Shown here: positions 61,103 to 64,000 of the stretch, in pieces
How the letters are laid out: each line of letters starts with the position of its first letter
Numbering within the stretch: the stretch's first letter is position 1
Source of the DNA: Alphaproteobacteria bacterium
GTDB lineage: Bacteria > Pseudomonadota > Alphaproteobacteria > GM7ARS4 > G965262615
Reading direction: 5' to 3'
Assembly (NCBI GenBank): GCA_965262615.1
Contig: OZ253545.1
Span: 1,478,259-1,542,258, forward strand
DNA: 64,000 nucleotides
Translations under genes and position numbers: made by a program
Notes under the pieces: model-generated
What the model was told of the DNA's origin: nothing
Database searches by the model: none
What the model saw: the letters and a program-made list of their open reading frames with translations, nothing else

Positions 61103-62517
61103 TTATTCCCCCTTGTCAGAAGAAACTCATGAATGGCATCGCTGGCGAGTCGTCCTTCACGAATCGCCCACACCACCAGCGATTGCCCGCGACGCATATC
61201 GCCACAGGCAAAAATATCAGGCTGAGAGGTTTGAAAAGGCTGGCTGCCATGCTCATCATGAGCCGCAACATTGCCGCGCTCATCCACCGCCAAGGATGCC
61301 TCCGTTACCAATCCATCGTGTGGCGTATGAATAAATCCCATCGCCAATAAGACCAAATCGGCATCAATATCAATGGTGTCATTTTTTTGCTCCCTCATGA
61401 CACCATCGTTCCACTGCAGGCGCGCGGCGCGAATGGCGGACACACTGTTGCTGTCATCGCCGATAAATTCTTTGCTCATGATGCTCCAGTCACGCAGCGC
61501 GCCTTCCTCATGAGAAGTGGAGCTGCGCATCTTCAAAGGCCAATGGGGCCATTCCAATTCTTTGTTTTCTTTCTCAGGCGGGCGCGGCATAATCTCCAGC
61601 TGGGTGACAGACGCTGCCCCCTGCCGATTGGCAGTGCCAATGCAATCAGACCCGGTGTCGCCGCCGCCAATCACCACAACTTTGCGATTTTTGGCATCAA
61701 TAACGGATGCAACGGTGTCACCGGCATTGCGTTTGTTTTGCTGAGTGAGATAATCCATGGCAAAATGAATGTGACTCAAATTCCGCCCCGCAATGGGCAA
61801 GTCACGAGGCACTTCAGAACCACACGCCAGCAACACGGCATCAAACTGACGCAACTGGTCTCGTGAGGTGATGGGATGAGAAGTTTTGAAGGTGACACCC
61901 TCTTGCTCCATCTGTGCCATACGGCGGTCAATATGATGCTTTTCCAATTTAAAATCGGGGATGCCATAGCGCAACAAGCCGCCGATGCGATCACTTTTCT
62001 CAAACACCGTCACCCCATGCCCTCGCCGTGCCAGTTGCTGTGCCGCCGCCAAGCCCGCAGGACCCGATCCCACCACCGCCACCGTGTAGGGCGACCGATG
62101 GGCAGGAGGTTGAGCTGCAATCCAGCCCTCCGCCACGGCACGGTCGGCAATGGCACATTCAATGTCCTTGATGGTGACGGGGGCATCAATCAAATTGAGG
62201 GTGCATGCCTCCTCGCATGGCGCCGGACACACCCTGCCCGTGATTTCAGGAAAATTATTGGTGCGGTGCAACATGACCGCCGCCTTGTGCCAATCACCGC
62301 GATAGACAAGATCATTCCAGTCGGGAATGATGTTATTGACAGGACAGCCCTGATGACAATAGGGAATGCCGCAATCCATGCAGCGCGCGCCCTGCTGCGA
62401 CAAGGTCTCATCGGAAGGCGGAATCATAAACTCACGAAAATGACGAAGACGCGCCGCCACCTCATCATTGGCGTGATTGCGCCGCTCAATCTCCAAAAAT
62501 CCCGTCACCTTACCCAT
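61096..62517 (-). CDS. gltD: Glutamate synthase small subunit
   Basis: [44 protein letters not shown]. Confidence 0.97.
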   Translation of the reverse strand: MGKVTGFLEIERRNHANDEVAARLRHFREFMIPPSDETLSQQGARCMDCGIPYCHQGCPVNNIIPDWNDLVYRGDWHKAAVMLHRTNNFPEITGRVCPAPCEEACTLNLIDAPVTIKDIECAIADRAVAEGWIAAQPPAHRSPYTVAVVGSGPAGLAAAQQLARRGHGVTVFEKSDRIGGLLRYGIPDFKLEKHHIDRRMAQMEQEGVTFKTSHPITSRDQLRQFDAVLLACGSEVPRDLPIAGRNLSHIHFAMDYLTQQNKRNAGDTVASVIDAKNRKVVVIGGGDTGSDCIGTANRQGAASVTQLEIMPRPPEKENKELEWPHWPLKMRSSTSHEEGALRDWSIMSKEFIGDDSNSVSAIRAARLQWNDGVMREQKNDTIDIDADLVLLAMGFIHTPHDGLVTEASLAVDERGNVAAHDEHGSQPFQTSQPDIFACGDMRRGQSLVVWAIREGRLASDAIHEFLLTRGNKP

Positions 62518-64000
62518 GATGCCGCACCTCACTGTTGTGCATCATGGTGTCGCTTGTCAATGCCCGTTCATAATCAATGGGCGTGATTTTTTGCGCCATC
62601 CCAATGAAGTGATGCCAATCATCCAAAATGGCACGGGCACGCGAGCTGGCGGTGTAATGATAGTGACGCATCACCAAATGATACAACCGCCACGCGTCTC
62701 TCTCAAGAGGATTATGCAACCAATCATCTTTGGTGAGAGATTGATGAGTTTTGTCAAATGGTTCATCGGCGATGGGGGCAAGAGTCACCATCTGGCGATT
62801 GCAATGGTTCAGCAACAGTTCTTCTTCATCAAAAACATAGGCGATGCCGCCGCTCATGCCCGCCGCCATATTGACTCCCACCGAACCCAGCACCACAACG
62901 ATGCCGCCCGTCATATATTCGCAACAATGATCGCCCGCGCCCTCCACCACGGCAATAGCCCCCGAATTGCGGACGGCAAAACGCTCGCCCGCCTGTCCCG
63001 CGGCATAGAGCTCACCCCCCGTAGCCCCATAAAGCACCGTGTTGCCAATGATGCTATGGGCATGGCTTGCTTTGATGATGTGATGAGCATCTTCGGGCGG
63101 TGCAATGACAATGCGTCCACCGCACAAGCCCTTGCCCACATAGTCATTGGCTTCCCCTCGCAGATGAAACGCAATGCCCTGATGCAAAAACGCCCCAAAG
63201 CTCTGCCCCGCCGTTCCTTGAAACGCCACATGAATGGTATCTTCCTTGAGTCCTTGTGCTCCATGACGGCGCGCCACCTCACCCGATAACATCGCTCCCG
63301 TGGAACGGTCCACATTGCCAATATCATAGCTCAGCGAGACCGCTTCCTTGCCGCTCAATGCTGTGCCCGCATCCTTGATGATGGTGCGATCCAACACATC
63401 ATCAATGGGATGCTGCTGGGCGCGCACCGCATGAAGAGCATCGCCCTCGTGTGGCGGCACATGGCACAACAAGCGGTCAAAATTAAGACCTTGCACTTTG
63501 GCATCACGCTTTTGCCAGTCGCTGCGCATGGTGAGAGCATCACTGTGTCCAATCATGTCATCAAGACGGCGATATCCCAATTGCGCCATGATGGCGCGCA
63601 GCTCTTGCGTCACATAATAAAAATAGCGAACGACATGGTCTGGCTTGCCCATAAAACGCTGCCGCAACACGGGGTCTTGCGTGGCAATGCCCACAGGACA
63701 ACTGTTGAGGTGACACTTGCGCATCATCAAACATCCCAAAGCAATCAATGGGGCGGTGGAAAATCCAAATTCGTCTGCGCCCAGCAGTGCGCCAATGGCG
63801 ACATCCCTGCCTGTGCGAAATCCGCCATCCACCTGCACCACAACGCGATCCCGCAAGCGATTGAGCACCAGCGTTTGATGCGTCTCCGCCAGACCCAATT
63901 CCCACGGCAATCCCGCATGCTTAATGGATGTCAGAGGCGATGCCCCCGTGCCGCCCTCATAGCCCGCAATGGTGATATGGTCGGCACGGGCTTTGGCAAC
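62510..64000 (-). CDS. gltB: Glutamate synthase large subunit, 3' part
   Basis: [40 protein letters not shown]. Confidence 0.97.
   Translation of the reverse strand, partial: VAKARADHITIAGYEGGTGASPLTSIKHAGLPWELGLAETHQTLVLNRLRDRVVVQVDGGFRTGRDVAIGALLGADEFGFSTAPLIALGCLMMRKCHLNSCPVGIATQDPVLRQRFMGKPDHVVRYFYYVTQELRAIMAQLGYRRLDDMIGHSDALTMRSDWQKRDAKVQGLNFDRLLCHVPPHEGDALHAVRAQQHPIDDVLDRTIIKDAGTALSGKEAVSLSYDIGNVDRSTGAMLSGEVARRHGAQGLKEDTIHVAFQGTAGQSFGAFLHQGIAFHLRGEANDYVGKGLCGGRIVIAPPEDAHHIIKASHAHSIIGNTVLYGATGGELYAAGQAGERFAVRNSGAIAVVEGAGDHCCEYMTGGIVVVLGSVGVNMAAGMSGGIAYVFDEEELLLNHCNRQMVTLAPIADEPFDKTHQSLTKDDWLHNPLERDAWRLYHLVMRHYHYTASSRARAILDDWHHFIGMAQKITPIDYERALTSDTMMHNSEVRHHG

Overview
Very compact alphaproteobacterial chromosomal segment; most genes overlap or abut. 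It carries a tetrahydromethanopterin (H4MPT)-linked C1 cluster (fhcD 5' end, fhcA, fhcB, pterin dehydratase, mptG, mtdB, orfY, mch, orf5, orf7, fae) and many housekeeping operons: moaB, rnhB, mutY, dsbA-smc, F0 ATP synthase, dapB, hrcA-grpE-dnaK-dnaJ, rdgB-hemW, rsmI-yraN, mreBCD-mrdA-rodA, leuA/ilv, miaA, degP, hflKC, mrp, fdxA-carD, znuCB, tRNA-Thr and gltDB. Six things stand out. (1) A stripped-down but intact, host-like Mu-type module (Mor-like activator, DUF2730, N-terminally shortened small terminase, large terminase, portal) sits between yraN and rodA with no transposase, lysis, head or tail genes; it is a candidate domesticated gene-transfer-agent-like packaging unit. (2) Three separate gene-junction tandem duplications (fhcA/fhcD, rdgB/hemW x4, yraN) all keep an open, translationally coupled mini-ORF. 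(3) An operon of three paralogous orphan proteins resembles type III effector chaperone-binding domains. (4) A tRNA-Thr(CGT) contains the stop codons of both neighbouring genes. (5) A coiled-coil and a Sel1-repeat gene split the atp operon behind a triplicated -35 box. (6) TCGA is strongly depleted. All calls are from reading motifs by eye; no database search was run.
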